From Felis catus (lineage: Eukaryota): a stretch of 64,000 nucleotides of DNA. Of this stretch, positions 12,612-26,900 are shown in pieces (within the stretch, counting starts at the first letter, position 1; the number at the start of each line of letters is the position of its first letter). The notes beneath the pieces were generated by a model. That model worked only from the letters and a program-made list of their open reading frames with translations. It searched no databases and was not told the origin of the DNA. The position numbers and the translations under genes were made by a program. The DNA lies in contig NC_058368.1 of the NCBI RefSeq assembly GCF_018350175.1, forward strand, positions 86,554,001 to 86,618,000, in the 5' to 3' direction.

Positions 12612-15600
12612 TGATTAAGCAGTATAGTTTCTCTGCCTGGTCAATTTTCTTTTCTTTTTCCCCTGCCCAGGTGTTTTGTTGTAGCTGGGTTTTGTTGTTT
12701 TGTTGTTTTGTTGTTTTTTTGTTTTTTTGTTTTTTGCTTTTTGTTTTTGTTTCTGTTTTTTGCTTTGTTTTTGTTGGTTCTCTTTTCAAGTAGTACTTCA
12801 ATGAACAAATCAAAGCACACCTCCTGAAGGGGCCAACACATCATTACGAGTAGGGAGATAGAGCAACCAAAGGCACAACAACAGAGAGAAATTTACACTC
12901 TCCAAACAACCTCCTGAAAGACCAGGCCCTGGACAGTGTATGGCTCTTCTTTCATATAGTAGTACCTGCAGATGCAGGATACATAACAAGCTTTTGAAAC
13001 ACATAAGAGGCAGAAAACTAGCCAAAATGATGAAATAGAAGAATTCTCCTCAAATGAAATTCTAGGAAGATATGACAGCTAAAGAATTGACAAAAACAGA
13101 TATAAACGATATAACTGAACAAGAATTTAGAATAATAGTTAAAAGATTACTCGCTGGGCTTGAAAAAAGTACAGAAGACAGCAGAGAATCTATTTCTGCA
13201 GATATCAAGGAGCTAATAAATTGTCATGATGAAATTAAAAAAATGTTGTAAATGAGATGCAAAATAAATTAGAAGTGGTCACAGCCAGGATTGAAGAAGC
13301 AGAGGGCGGAATAAATTAAACACATGATAAAATTATGGAAAAAGATGAAGTTGAGATAAAGATAGATAAAAAAAAATTCTAGACCACATGGGGAGAATTA
13401 CAGAACTAAGTGATTCAATGAAATGTAATAATATCCGTATAATAGAAGTTCCAGAAAAAGAAGAGAGAGAGAAACAGACAGAAGGTGTACTTGAAGAAAT
13501 CATAGCTGAAAACTTCCCCAATCTGGGGGAAAAAGACATTGAAATCCAGAAGGCACAGATAACTCCCTTCACACATAACTTGAATCAACCTCCTGCACAA
13601 CGTATCATAGTGAAACTGGTAAACGACACAGAGAATTCTTAAAGCATTTAGGGACAAATGGGCCTTAACCTATAAGGGTAGACACATAAGAGTAGTAGCA
13701 GACCTATCTACTGAAACTTGGCAGGCCAGAAAGGAGTGGCAGGAAATTTTCAATGTGCTGAATAAGAAAAATTATGCAGCCAAGGATCTTTATCCATCAA
13801 ACCTGTCATTCAGAATAGAAGGAGAGATAAAGGTTTTCCAAAACAAACAAAAACGGAAGGGGTTCATCAGGACTAAACCACAGCTACAATAGATCCTGAG
13901 GGGGACACTGAGAGTAGAATGTTTCAAAGACAACAAAGCAACAGAGACATCACTACAAGCATGAAACCTAGAGAAATCACAATGACTCTAAACCCATATC
14001 TTTCAATAATAACACTGAATGTAAATGGACTAAATGCTCAAATCAAAAGACATAGGGTATCAGAATGGATAACAAACAAGACCCATCTATTTGCTGTCTA
14101 CAAGAGACCCATTTCAGATTTCGGGACACTTTCAGATTGAAAGTGAGGGGATGGAGAAAAACCTACTGTGCTACCGGAAGTCAAAGAAAGCTGTAGTAGC
14201 CATACTTATATCAGACAAATCAGACTTTAAACGAAAGGCTGTACCAAGAGATGAAGAAGGGCATTATATCATAATTATGGGGTCTATCCAAAAAGAAGAG
14301 CTAACAGTTATAAATGTTAATGCCTCCAATTCAGTAGCACACACACATATATATAAAACAGTTAATCACAAACATAAGCAACCTCATTGGTAAGAACGTG
14401 GTAGTGCAGGATACTTTAATACTCCACTTACAGTAACGGACAGATCGTCTAGGCATAAAATCAATACACACACAACGGCCCTGAAAAATACACTGTACCA
14501 GATGGACTTGACAGATATTTTCAGAGATTTTCATCCAAAAGCAGCATAATACACATTCTTCTCCAGTGAACATGGAACATTCTCCAAGATAGACCACATA
14601 CTGGGTCAAAAAAGCCCTTAATAGATATAAAATAATTGAGACCATACCATGCACATTTTCAGATCATGATGCTATGAAACTTGAAATCAACCACAGGAAA
14701 AAGTTTGGAAAACCTCCAAATGCATGAAGGTTAAAGAACATACTACTAAAGAATGAATGGGTCAGCCAAGCAGTTAAAGAAAAAAATAAAAATAAAAAAA
14801 TCTATGGAAGCAAATGAAAATGAAAACACAACAGTCTGAAACCTTTGGGATATAGCAAAGGCAGTCCTAAGAGGAAAATACATTGCAATCCTGACCTAAC
14901 TCAAGGAACAAGAAAAGTCCCAAATACAAAATCTAACAGCACACCTACAAGAACTGGAAGCATAACATCAAAGAAACCCCAAGGCCAGCAGAAGAAGAGA
15001 AATAATAAAGATCAGAGCTGAACTTAACAACATAGAATCCAAACAAACACACAAAAAAACACTAAAACAGATCAATGAAACTAAGAGCTGGTTTTTTGAA
15101 CAAATAAAATTTATAAACCCATAGCCAGACTTCTCAAAAACAAGAGAGGATCAAAATAGATAAAATCACAAATGAAAATGGACTTACCACAACCAACACT
15201 TCAAATAAAATTATTAGAGATAATTTGAAAAATTATATGCCAACAAACTGGACAAAATGGAAGAAATGGACAAATTCCTAGACACCCACACACTACCAAA
15301 ACTCAAACAGGAAGAAATAGAAAAAATTGAACAGACCCATAACTAGTGAAGAAATTGAATTAGTTATCAAAAATCTCCTAACAAACAAGGGTCCTCGGTT
15401 AGATGGCTTCCCAGGGGAATTCTACCAGACATATAAGAGAGAGTTAAAACCTGTTATTCTTAAACTGTTTCCAAAAAGTAGAAATGGAAGAGAAACTTCC
15501 AAAATCATTCTACAAAACCAGCATTATCTATTTTCCAAAACCAAAGACCCAATTAAAAAGGAGAATTAGAATCCAATATTCTTGATGCACCTGGATGCAA

Positions 15601-18060
15601 AAATTCTGACAAGATATTAGCAAATTGAATTTAACAGTACATTAAAATAATTACCACGATCAAGTTGGGTTTATTTCTGGGCTGGTTCAATATTGGCAAA
15701 CCAATCATATTCATACACAACATTGTTAAAAGAAAAGGTAAGAACCATATGATTCTGTCAATAGATGGAGAAAAAAAGGATTTGACAAAAACAGCATCCA
15801 TTCTTGATAAAAACTCTCAACAAGAAGGAATGGAGGGAACATACTTCAATATAATAAAGGTCATATATGAAAGATTCACAGCTAAAATCATTCTCACTTG
15901 GGAAAAACAGAGCATTTATCTTACAATCCCAAAAAAGTCAAGTGCATCCACTTGCACAATTACTGTTTAATATAGTATTAGAAGTCTTAGCCTCAGCAAT
16001 CAGACAACAACAACAAAAAATAAAAGGCATCCAAATTCACAAGGAAGAGGTCAAATTTCAATATTATCAGATGACATGATACTTTATGTACAAAACATGA
16101 AGACTCCACCAAAAAAATTGCTAGATCTAATGCATGAATTCAGCAAAGTTGTGAGATATAAATCAATGTGCAGAAATCCATTGCATTTCTATACATCAAT
16201 AACGAAGTAGCAGAAAAAATAAATCAAGAAATCAATCCCATTTGCAATTTCACCAAAAACAATAAGATACCTAGGAATAAACCTAACAAAAGAGGTAAAA
16301 GATCTGTCATCTTAAAACTATAGAACACTTCTGAAAAAAAATAGGACACAAAACAATGTAAAACCATTCCATGCTCATTAATTGGAGGAATAAACACTGT
16401 TAAAATGTCCCTACTACCCAAAGCAATCTATGCATTTAATCCAATCTCTACAAATACCACCAGCATTTTCTGTGGAGCTAGAACACACAATCCTAAAATT
16501 TGTGTGCAACCACAAAGACTCCGAATAGCCAGAGCAATCTTGAAAAAGAAAAGCAAAACTGGAGGCATCACAATTACACATTTCAAACTATATTACAAAG
16601 CTGTACTCATCAAGACCGTATGGTATTGTTTTTGTAACAGATACATAAATCAGTAGATAAAAGGATAAAACCCAGTATTAGACCCACATATATATGGTCA
16701 ACTAATCTTCAACAAAGTAGGAAAGAATAACCAATGGAAATAAGACAGTCCCTTTAAAAAATAGTGTTGGGAAGACTGGATGGCAACATGTAGAAGAATG
16801 GACCTGGATCACTTTGTTATACCATACACAAAAGTAAATTCAAAATGGTTGAAAGACCTAAATATGAGACAGAAAACAATCAAAATCCTAGAGGAGAAAA
16901 TAGTCAGCAACCTCTTTGACCTTGCCCAGAGCAACTTCTTACTAGACAAGTCACCAGAGGCAAGGGAAACAAAATAAACATGAACTTTTGGGACTTCATC
17001 AGGATAAAATTCTTCTGCACAGTGAAGGAAATAAAATCATCAAAACTAAAAGACAGCCTACTGAATGAGAGAAGATATTTGCAAATGTCATATCTGATAA
17101 TGGGTTAGTATCCAAAATCTATAAAATAATAATCAAAGTCAACACCCAGGAAAAAAATAATCCAGTTAGGAAATGGGCAGAAGACATGAATAGACAATTT
17201 TCCAAAGAAGGCATCAGGTGACTAACATACACATGAAAAGACAGTGAACATCATTCATCATCAGGGGTATATAAATCAAAACCATGATGAGATATTGCCT
17301 CACATCTGTCAGAATGGCTACAATTAACACAAAATAAACAGCAGGTGTTGATGAGGCTGCAATGAAAAGGTAACCCTCTTGCATTGTCCATGGGAAAGCA
17401 AACTGGTGCAGCAACTCTGGAAAACAGTATGTAGGTTCCTCAAGAAACTAAAAATAGAACTACCCTATGATCCATCAAATGCATTATTATTTACCCAAAT
17501 CATACAAAAAATACTAATTCCAAAAGGCACATGAACCCCATTGTTTATAGGAGTATTATCAACGATAGCCAACCTATGAAGAGAACACAAACATCCATCT
17601 ACTGATGAATGGATAAAGATGTGGTATATATACAATGGGACATTACTCAGTCATCAAAAAAGAATGGAGTCTTGATATTTGAAATGATGTGTTTGGAGCC
17701 AGAATGTATTATGCTAAGCAGAATAAGTCAATCAGAGAAAGACAAATACATAAGATTTCACTCATATGTGGGATTTAAGAAATAAAACAGATGAACATAT
17801 GGGAAGAGAGGTATACAAGAGAGAGAAACAAATCACAAGGGACTCTTAATTTTAGAGAAATAACTACGGGTTGATGAATGGAGGTTGGTAGGTGATGGGC
17901 TAGTTGGGTGATGGGAATTAAAGAGGGCACTTGTGATTAGCACTGGATGTTATATGCAAGTGATGAATTACTGAATTTTACTCCTGAAACCAACATTGCA
18001 TTATACAGTAAATAAGTAATATTTAAATTTTTAAAAAAGGGGAAAATAAAAAAAAATAAA
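11391..18060 (+). mobile_element. Full-length but inactivated LINE-1 (5'UTR ~11391-13027; ORF1 from ~13028; ORF2 from ~13982; 3'UTR and A tail)
   Basis: 5' end agaggatccaacatggcagagaagtaggggga. ORF1 fragments (ITELSDSMKCNNIRIIEVPE..EIIAENFPNLG) and ORF2 fragments ([40 protein letters not shown]). Many stops and frameshifts. Confidence 0.95.
12560..12610. repeat. (CT)n(GT)n microsatellite
   Basis: Seen directly, within the L1 5'UTR. Confidence 0.95.
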
Positions 18061-18420
18061 ATTAAATGAAGCAGAGTTAATACTTATTTATCTAAACTAT
18101 TCTAAGAAATTGAAAAGGAAGGAAAACAACACAGGGAACCACAGGTGTTGTCAGGGATGAGGATAAAAGGAAACTCTCCTGCACTGTTGGTGGGAAAGCG
18201 AATTAGTTCAGGTACTCCAGAAACAAATATGGAGGTTCCTCAAAAAGTTAAAATTAGAACTACCTTAGCAATTTCACCACTAGGTATTTATCCAAAGAGT
18301 TCAAAATTACTAATTCAAAGGGATACATGTAGCCTGAGTTTTAGAGCCGCATTATAAACAATAGCCAAATTATGGAAACATCCCTAGTGTCCAGTGCCTG
18401 ACAAATGGATAAATATTATG
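18061..18420 (+). mobile_element. Short LINE-1 ORF2 fragments joined by a deletion
   Basis: gagttaatacttatttatctaaactattc joined to C-terminal ORF2 sequence (gcactgttggtggg...ggaggttcctcaaaaagttaaaa). Confidence 0.7.
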
Positions 18421-18515
18421 CTAATGTTTGGTGTTCTTTATACACATTTCATTAATACAATAATAAAATAATAATATACACATTTTAAAAAATAAATAAA
18501 ATTCTTCTGCATAGT

Positions 18516-18730
18516 GGGGCACCTGGGTGGCTCAGTCGGTTAACTGTCCAAGTCTTCATTTTGGCTTGGGTCATGATCCCAAGGTCGTGGAATTGAGCTC
18601 CATGCTGGGGTCTGTCCCTAGTGTGGAGCCTGCTCTATATCTATCATGTCTTTCTCCCTCTCCCTCCCTCCCTCTCTCTCCCTCTACCCCCTCCCCAGCT
18701 TGGTCTCTCTTTCTCTAAAATAAATAAAAG
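18516..18730 (+). mobile_element. CanSINE (older subfamily)
   Basis: ggggcacctgggtggctcagtcggttaa head, CT-rich tract, aaaataaataaaa tail. Confidence 0.9.
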
Positions 18731-18734
18731 GAAA

Positions 18735-19167
18735 ACAATATTAAATGTTTCTGCAGAGAAAAAAAAGTGAAAAGACAACCCACACAATGGGACAATATAT
18801 TTGAAAATTGTTTACCTGATAAGCTGTTATTTTCCAAAATATACATAGAACTCATACAAATTTAACAGCAAAAACACAATTTGATTTTTAAAATGGGCAC
18901 AGGGTCTGAATAGACAATTTTTCAGAGAAGACATAATACATGCCAAACAGGGATATGAAAAGATATTTGACAAACTAATCTTGAGGGAAATGCAAATCAA
19001 AACCACAACGAGAGGGGCGCCTGGGTGGCTCAGTCAGTTAAACATCGGATTTTGGCTAAGGTCATGATTTCGCAGTTTGTGAGCTTGAGCCTCACATCAG
19101 ACTCAGAGCCTGGAGCCTGCTTCAGATTCTGTCTGTCTCTCTTTCTCTCTCTGTTCCTCCCCCACTT

Positions 19168-19220
<53 letters not shown>

Positions 19221-19718
19221 AATAAATAAACATAAAAAAACACAATGAGATATCACCTCGTATCTATTAAAATGGCTACCTATTAAAAAGTCAAGAGATA
19301 AGAAAAGTTGCCGAAGATGTGGAGAAAGAGTAACTTTTCAGTAATGTTCCTGGGAATGTAAATTGATGCAACCTCTATGGAAATCCACAATGTGTAACTC
19401 CCTCAATAAACTAATACAATAACTAAAATATGATCCAGCAATTCCATTTCTGAATATAGACCCAAATTAAATTAAATCTCTATCTCAAAGAAATATCTGC
19501 ACCCCCATGTTAATGCAGCATTATTTATAATAGTCAATACATGGAAACAAAGTAAGTGTCCACTGGCATTTTAATATTTAAAGAAAATGTGATAAATATT
19601 ATTCAGACACAAAACAGAGTAAAATCATGTCACATATGACTACATGGATGGACTTTGAGGGGTTTATCGAAAGTGAAATAAGTCAAAGAGAAAAACTGTA
19701 TGATTTGACTTATATTTG

Positions 19719-19762
<44 letters not shown>

Positions 19763-20135
19763 CTCAAACTCCTGGAAACAGATAACAGATTGATGGTTTC
19801 CAGAAGTAGTAGGTAAGGAAGGGTGGCTGAGTAATGGATTCACAGTGGTCAAAATGTGTAAACTTCCAATTATAAGTGAGTTAAGATTTGAGGATGTAAT
19901 GTACAGCATGGTGACTATAGTTAACAATGTTTTCATGTATATTTGAAAGTTGTGGAGAGTAGATCTTTAAAGTTCTCATCACAAGAAAATTATGTGTTAC
20001 TATGTGTAGTAGTGGATGCTAAATGAATTTAATGGGGTAATCATTTTACAGAATATACATATATCAAAATTTTATGTCATAAATATTAAAATAATATTGT
20101 GTTATATGTCAATTATATATCAACAAGCCTGGGGA
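18735..20135 (+). mobile_element. Older LINE-1 3' end (L1MA/old L1_Carn-like), interrupted by a CanSINE
   Basis: 3'UTR motifs gtacagcatggtgactatagttaacaa, ttctcatcacaagaaa and tatatgtcaattatatatcaa. Confidence 0.82.
19014..19238 (+). mobile_element. CanSINE
   Basis: ggggcgcctgggtggctcag head, (CT)n and A tail. TSD aaaaccacaacgaga / aaaaacacaatgaga. Confidence 0.92.
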
Positions 20136-20156
20136 AACCAATAGTCAAAAGTCAAT

Positions 20157-21068
20157 TGGGCAGAAGACATGAATAGACATTTTTCCAAAGAAGACATTGA
20201 GATGTCTAACAGATGCATAAAAAGATGCTCAACATCACTCATCAAAAGGGAAATAAAAATCAAAACCATGATTGGAAAAACAAAACAAAACAAAACAAAA
20301 CAAAATGTGATGAAACACCACCTCACACCCGTCAGGATGACTAAAATTAACAACACAGGAAAAAACAGATCTTGAGGAGGCTGCAGAGAAATGGCAAACC
20401 CTTTTGGTTGGAATGAAAACTGGTACATCACCCTGGAAAACAGTATGGCACTTTCTCAAAAAGCCAAAAATAGAACTATCCTATGACTCAGCAACTGCAC
20501 TATTATAAATTTATCCAAAGTATAAAAAATGCTGATTAGAAGGGACACATGCACCCCAATGTTTACAGCAGTGCTATCAACATTAGCGAAATTATGGAAA
20601 GGGCCCAAATGTCCACTGACTGATCAATGGATAAAGTAGATGTGGTATGTACATAGAACTACTCAGCGATGAAAAAGAATGAAATCTTGCCATTTGCAAC
20701 AATGTGGATGGAACTAGAGGGTATTATGCTAAGTGAAATACGTCAGTCAGAGAAAGATAGATATCATATGATTTTATTCATTTGTGGAATTTGAGACAGA
20801 CAACAGATGAACATAGGGGAAGGGAAAGAAAAATCAGTTAAAAACAGAGAGGGAGGGAAATCATAAGAGGTTCTCAAATACACAGAGTAAAGGGAAGGTT
20901 GCTGGAGCAGAGGTGGGTAGGGGAATGGGTTAAATGGGTGATGGGCATTAAAGAGGGCACTTGTTGGGATGAATACTGGGTGTTATATGTAAGATATGAA
21001 TCACTGGGTTCTACTCCTGAAGCCAAGACTACACTGTATGTTAACTAAAATGAATTTAAATTAAAAAA
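20157..21068 (+). mobile_element. 5'-truncated LINE-1 (ORF2 C-terminus and 3'UTR)
   Basis: tgggcagaagacatgaatagaca...actacactgtatgttaactaaaatgaatttaaattaaaaaaaa. Degenerate TSD aaccaatagtcaaaagtcaa / aatcattagtttaaagttaa. Confidence 0.88.
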
Positions 21069-22860
21069 AATCATTAGTTTAAAGTTAAAAAAAACACTAT
21101 TGTTTTAAACGTTAAAAGTTATTAATACACCAGAAAGGAGAAATAGGGCAGAGTAGAAGATTCTGAGCTTCCTTCCTTCCACCGAAAATGAGACAACTAC
21201 ATATAATGCAACTCACTCTGAAAACAAATTTGAGACTAGCAGAACAGACTTTGTACAGCTAAAGACATAAGAAAAAGTCATTCCAAGCACAGTAGGAGGA
21301 ACAGAGATTTGGTTGGTAATCAATCCCCTGGTCTAATGACCCACTAACAGAAGGATTATCAGAGATGCAGAGGTCTTCCTGAGGAGGCAGGGAATCAAGC
21401 ACTACATCAGGCACTCCAAGTTTTGAGGATCCTTATGGGTAAGATAAGTTTCCCTACCATCACACTTTGAAAATCAGTGAGGCTTGAATCCATGAACGTT
21501 GAAAATCAAAGGGGCTTAACTAAGGGAAAGCAAAAAAAAAAAAAAAATGCTATAGGAAGCAAACACCCAGATCTTAAATTGCCACTGTGCATTATCACTC
21601 AGTTGAAAACCCAACACAAAATTAACAGTTTGGAAAACACCAGCATTACGTACAAGATTTACTGACTAATATTATGGTGTGTTATAGAGGGAAATGGATC
21701 TGATTCAGCTTTCTCTAGGAACAGAATTGCTGGCAGGTGCCAGTTTTCTTGACCTCCTTCAACCTTAGCTGGCCAGAAACTTGTGGAAGACTACTGCAAC
21801 ACTTTCCATCTCTTTCATTAGCACTGTGCACCCTACCCTTTAGTTCTTCTGTGGGACCACTCCAACCAGCCTCGTTCCATGACAGGCACACTGACAAAAG
21901 GCTCCGTTCCTGACACACAAGATGGGACATACCAGCCAGGATCACTGCCCCTACAAAATTATCCATGCCCTGAGGAGAAGAGAGAGGCCCACCTACCAGC
22001 ATGCCCATGAAAGCTGTAGCCAAGCCTCTTAGCCAGTTGTATTGGAGGTTAAACCTATTCACCACCAAACCCACAGTAGCTATAGCCAGGCATCTCAAAT
22101 TTCTACAGCTGGGAGAGCTCTACTCATCAGTGCACCTGAAGTAGTTGCAGCTGGTCATTGCAACCAGCCAGAATCCAAGGTCAGCCCCACTCATACATGT
22201 GCCTGTAGCATATACAGTTGAGTCTCTCAACCAGCCATGCTAAGAGCCAGCCATATCCAAAAGTGCACCCATAATATTCATGTCCCATCACTGCTGCAAG
22301 CTAGGCTGATGGCCAGCCAAGCCCATTAAAACATCTGCACCAGGAGTCATCTTCCTACTAGCGTACCTGCAATAATCACAGTTAGTCATTGCAGATGCCT
22401 GAGCAATGGAGCAGCCCCACCATCCTCACAACACTCAGCCCAGTCACAACAAAAGGTGCATACAGCCAATATAGGGGATAAATCCGGGGTGCCTTATACT
22501 GGTGACAATGGGGGGAATTGTGTTACTGGGCTTCACAGGACAACATCTGCATAAGATCACCATCTTAAAGACCAGGAGAAGCAGCCAAATCTACATAATA
22601 CACAGAAATATAAGCAAAGTCAGACAAAACAAGTAGGAGAAGAATATGTTCTAAATAAAAGAACAAGTGAAATATCAAAAAAAAAACACCCCTAAATGAA
22701 ATGGAATAATCAGACTACCCAGGAAAGAGTTCAAAGTAATGATCATAAAGACACTCACAATACTTGAGAGAAAAGTGTATAAACTCCATAAGAACTTAAA
22801 AGAGAGATATAAAATATAAAAAAAAGACCAATCACAGTTAAAAAAATAAAATGACTGAAA

Positions 22861-23012
22861 CTAGGTGGCTCAGTCAGTTAAGTGTCTGGCTCTTGACCTC
22901 ATGGTTCATGAGTTCAAGCCCTACATCAGATTGGCACAGATTGTGTGGAGCCTTCTTGGGATTCTGTCTCTCCCTCTATCTGTCCCTTCCCTGCTCTCTT
23001 TATAAAAAAATA
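22861..23012 (+). mobile_element. CanSINE, degenerate
   Basis: ggtggctcagtcagttaagtgtctggctcttga...gagccttcttgggattctgtctctccctc. Confidence 0.8.
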
Positions 23013-23840
23013 ACTTAAATGACAAACACTAGACAGAATCACAGAAGCTTAGAGGGTCAGCAAGAATAGATCAGTGATCTGAAAGACGGGTAGTGGGAAA
23101 AACCCAAGCTGCCCAATTACAATTAAAAAGAAACAAAATAAGAAAAATGAGGATAGGTTAAGAAACCTCTGAGACAACATCAATCATACAAAAAACTGTC
23201 ATTATAGGATCCAGAAAGAGAATAAAGAAAGTGGCAGAAATATTATTTAAATAATTAATAAGCTGACAACTCTCTTAAGATGGGGAAGGAAACAGATATC
23301 CAGGTCCACTGAGCAGATAGCACCAAACAAAAATGAACTCAAGGATGTCCACATCAACACAAAATTAAAATGTCAAAATTAATTAATTAATTAAAGATAA
23401 AAATAGAATCTAAAAATCAGCAAGAGAAGTGACTCCAAGAAGCATGAAGTGGCATGGTATATTGATATTTCTGAAAGGAAAAAACCTATTATCTAGAAGG
23501 TTGTCATCCAGAATTGAAAGATGACAAAGATGTTTCCAGCCAGAAGTTAAAGGAATTCATTACAAATAAACCAGACTTACAAAAACCATAAAATTCATTT
23601 CGTTAAGTATAAAGCAAAAGGCCATAAGTAGAAGTAAGACATTTATTAAAGGAAAAAGAAAATCATTGGTGTAAAAAAAAACTTATAGTAAAAGTAGTAT
23701 ATCAATCATTTATAAAGCTAGTTTAAAGGTTAATAGACAAAAATCGTAATGTCTGTTATATTTGCAAAAATATTTTAAGGAAAATACAAAATAAAAAGAT
23801 GTAAAATATGACATCATATGCTAAAACATAAAGCAGGAAG

Positions 23841-23841
<1 letters not shown>

Positions 23842-23885
<44 letters not shown>

Positions 23886-23959
23886 ATAAGGACCTCATTG
23901 CATCAACAAACCAAAAACTTGCAATAGACATATCAAAGAGAGAGAGAGAGAGAGAGAGA
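23842..23959. repeat. (GT)n and nearby (GA)n microsatellites
   Basis: Seen directly at ~23842-23881 and ~23937-23959. Confidence 0.95.
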
Positions 23960-23971
23960 ATCCATGAATAC

Positions 23972-26900
23972 TTTATTTTTTAATATAATTTATTGTCCAA
24001 TTATATTGGACAATGTTCCACCCACATTGCTGCAAATGGCCAGATTTCATCCTTTCTCATTTCCAAGTAGTATTCCATTGTATATATAAACCACATCTTT
24101 TTTATCCACTTGTCAGTTGATGGACATTTAGGATCTTCCATAATTTGACTATTGTTGAAAGTGCTGCTATAAACATTTGGTATATGTGCTCCTATGCATC
24201 ACCACTACTGTATTCCTTGGGTAAATTCCTAATGGGATATTGCTGGATCCACACTGTTTTCCAGAGGGGCTGCACCAGTTTGCATTCCTACCAACAATGC
24301 AAGAGGGTTCCATTTCTCCACATCCTTTCCAGCATCTATTGTCTCATGATTCATTCATTTTAGCCACTCTGACCTGCATGAGGTGGTATCTCAGTGTGGT
24401 TTTGTATTTCCCTGATGAGGAGTGACGTTTGAGCATCTTTTCATGTGTCTGTTGGCCATATGGATGTCTTCTTTGAAAAAGTGTTTATTCATGTCTTCTG
24501 CCCATTTCTTCACTAGATTATTTGTTTTTCAAGTGTGGAGTTTGGTAAAATCTTTATAGAATGTGGATACTAGTCCTTTATCTGATATGTCATTTGCAAA
24601 TATAAAGATATTTTTCCATTCCATTGGTTGCCTTTTAGTTTTGTTGATTGTTTTATTTACAGTGTAGAGGCTTTTTATCTTGATGAGGTCCCAAAAGTTT
24701 ATTTTTTGCTTTTAATTCCCTTGCCTTTGGAGATGTGTTGAGTAAGAAATGGATGCAGCTGAGGCCAAAGAGGTTGTTGCCCACTTTCTCCTCTAGGGTT
24801 TTGATGGTTTCCTGTCTCATATTCAGGCCCTTCATCCATTTTGAGTTTATTTTTGTGAATGGTGTAAGAAAGTGGTCTAGTTTCATTTTTCCACATGTTG
24901 CTGTCCAGATCTTCCAGTACCATTTGTTAAAGACACTTTTTTTTCCCATTGGATACTCTTTCCTGCTTTTTCAAAGATTAGTTGGCCATACATTTGTGGG
25001 TCCAATTCTGGGTTCTTTATTCTATTCCATTGTTCTATGTGTCGGTTTTTGTGCCAATACCATGCTGTCTTGATGATTACAGCTTTGTAGTAGAGGCTGA
25101 AGTCTTGGATTGTGATGCCTCCTGCTTTGGTTTTCTTCTTCAATATTATGTTGGCTATTCAGGGTCTTTTGCGGTTCCCTAAAATTTTAGGATTGTTTGT
25201 TCTAGCTATGAGAAGAATGCTGGTGCAATTTTGATTGGCATTGCGTTGAATGTGTAGATTGCTTTGGGTAGTATTGACATTTTAACAATATTTCTTCTTC
25301 CAATCCAGGAGCATGGAATGTTTTTCCATGTGTTTTTGTCTTATTCAATTTTCTTCATAACTTTTCCATAGTTTTCAGCATACAAATATTTTACTTTTGG
25401 TTAGGTTATTCCAGGTTATTTTATGGTTCTCGATGCAATTGTGAATGGGATAAGTTTCTTTGTTTCTCTTTCTGTTGCTTCATTATTGGTGTATATGCTA
25501 GGACTTCCAGCACTAGGTTAAACAAAAATAGTGACAGTGGACATCCTTGTCATGTTCCTGTTCTAAGGGGAAAGCTTTCAGTTTTTCCCCATTGAGGATG
25601 ATATTAGCTCTGGGATTTTCATAAATGGCTTTTATGATGTTTAATATGTTCCTTCTATTACAACTTTGTTGAGGGTTTTTATTAAGAAAGTTGCTGTATT
25701 TTGTCAAATGCTTTTTTTCTGCATCTCTTGACAGTACCATATGGTTCTTTTCTTTTCTTTTGTGATGCATCACATAGTTTGATTTGTGGATATTGAACCA
25801 GCCCTGCAGCCCAGGAATGAATTTCACTTGATTATGGTGAATAATTCTTTTTATATGCTGTTGAATTTGATTTTCTAGTATCTTGAGAATGTTTGCAACC
25901 ATATTCATCAGGGATATTGGCCTGTAGTTCTATCTTTTTTTTTTTCTGTGTCTTTGTATGGTTTGGGAATCAAAGTAATTCTGGCTTCATAGAATGTGTC
26001 CAGAGATTCTCCTTCCATTTCTGTTTTTTGGAAGAGCTTGAGAAGCATAGGTATTAACTCTACTTTAAATCTTTGATAGAATTCTGTAGGGAAGCCATCT
26101 TGTCTAGGACACTTATTTGTTGGGAGATTTTTTTATAAATGATTCAATTTCTTCACCAGTTATGGGTCTGTTTGAATTTTCTATTTCTTTCCGTTTGAGT
26201 TTTGGTAGTGTGTGGGTATTTAGGAATTTGTACATTTCTTCCAGGTTGTCCAGTTTATTGGTATATACTTTTTCATTGTATTTGCTGATAATTGCTTATA
26301 CTTCTGAGGGATTGGTTGTAATAAATCCATTTCCATTAGCGATTTATCTGTTTGGGTCCTGTCTCTGTGTTTTGAGAAGCCTGGTTAGGGGTTTATAAAT
26401 TTTGTTTATTTTTTCAAAAAACCAACTCTTTGTCTCATTGATATTTTCTACTGTTTTTTTATATTGTTTATTTCTGCTCTGATATTTATTATTTCTCTTC
26501 TTCCATCGGGTTTGGGGTGTCTTTGCTGTTCTGCTTCTAGTTCCTTTAGGTGTGCAGTTAGATTTGTATTTGGGATGTTTCTTGTTTCTTGAGATAGGCC
26601 TAGATTGCAGTGTATTTTCCTCTTAGGTCTGCCTTTGTTGCATCCCAGAGAGTTTGGATTGTAGTATTTTTATTTTCATTTGTTTCCATATATTATTTAA
26701 TTTTTTCTCTAACTACCTGACTGACCATTCATTCTTTATTAGGATGTTCTTTAACCTCCATACTTTTGTAGGTTTTCCAAACTTTGTCTGTGGTTGATTT
26801 CAAGTTTCATAGCATTGTAATCTGAAAGTGTGCATGATATGATCTCAATTCTTGTATATTTATTGAGGGCTGTTTTGTGACCCAGTATGTGATGTATCTT

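Larger units (their letters stand above)
21135..23970 (+). mobile_element. Old LINE-1 5' portion (5'UTR, ORF1, inter-ORF); resumes at 30071-30408
   Basis: L1 5'-end-like start (agagtagaagattctgagc...acaactacatataatgcaactcactctgaaaac) and ORF1-like sequence from ~22640. The inter-ORF sequence continues after the nested L1. Confidence 0.75.

Noticed and set aside
11391..18060. Possible active LINE-1
   Set aside because: Both ORFs are broken by many stops and frameshifts, and the 5'UTR is CpG-depleted.
21715..22098. 127-aa minus-strand ORF in relatively GC-rich sequence
   Set aside because: It lies within the 5'UTR of an old L1 and resembles no protein family I recognise.
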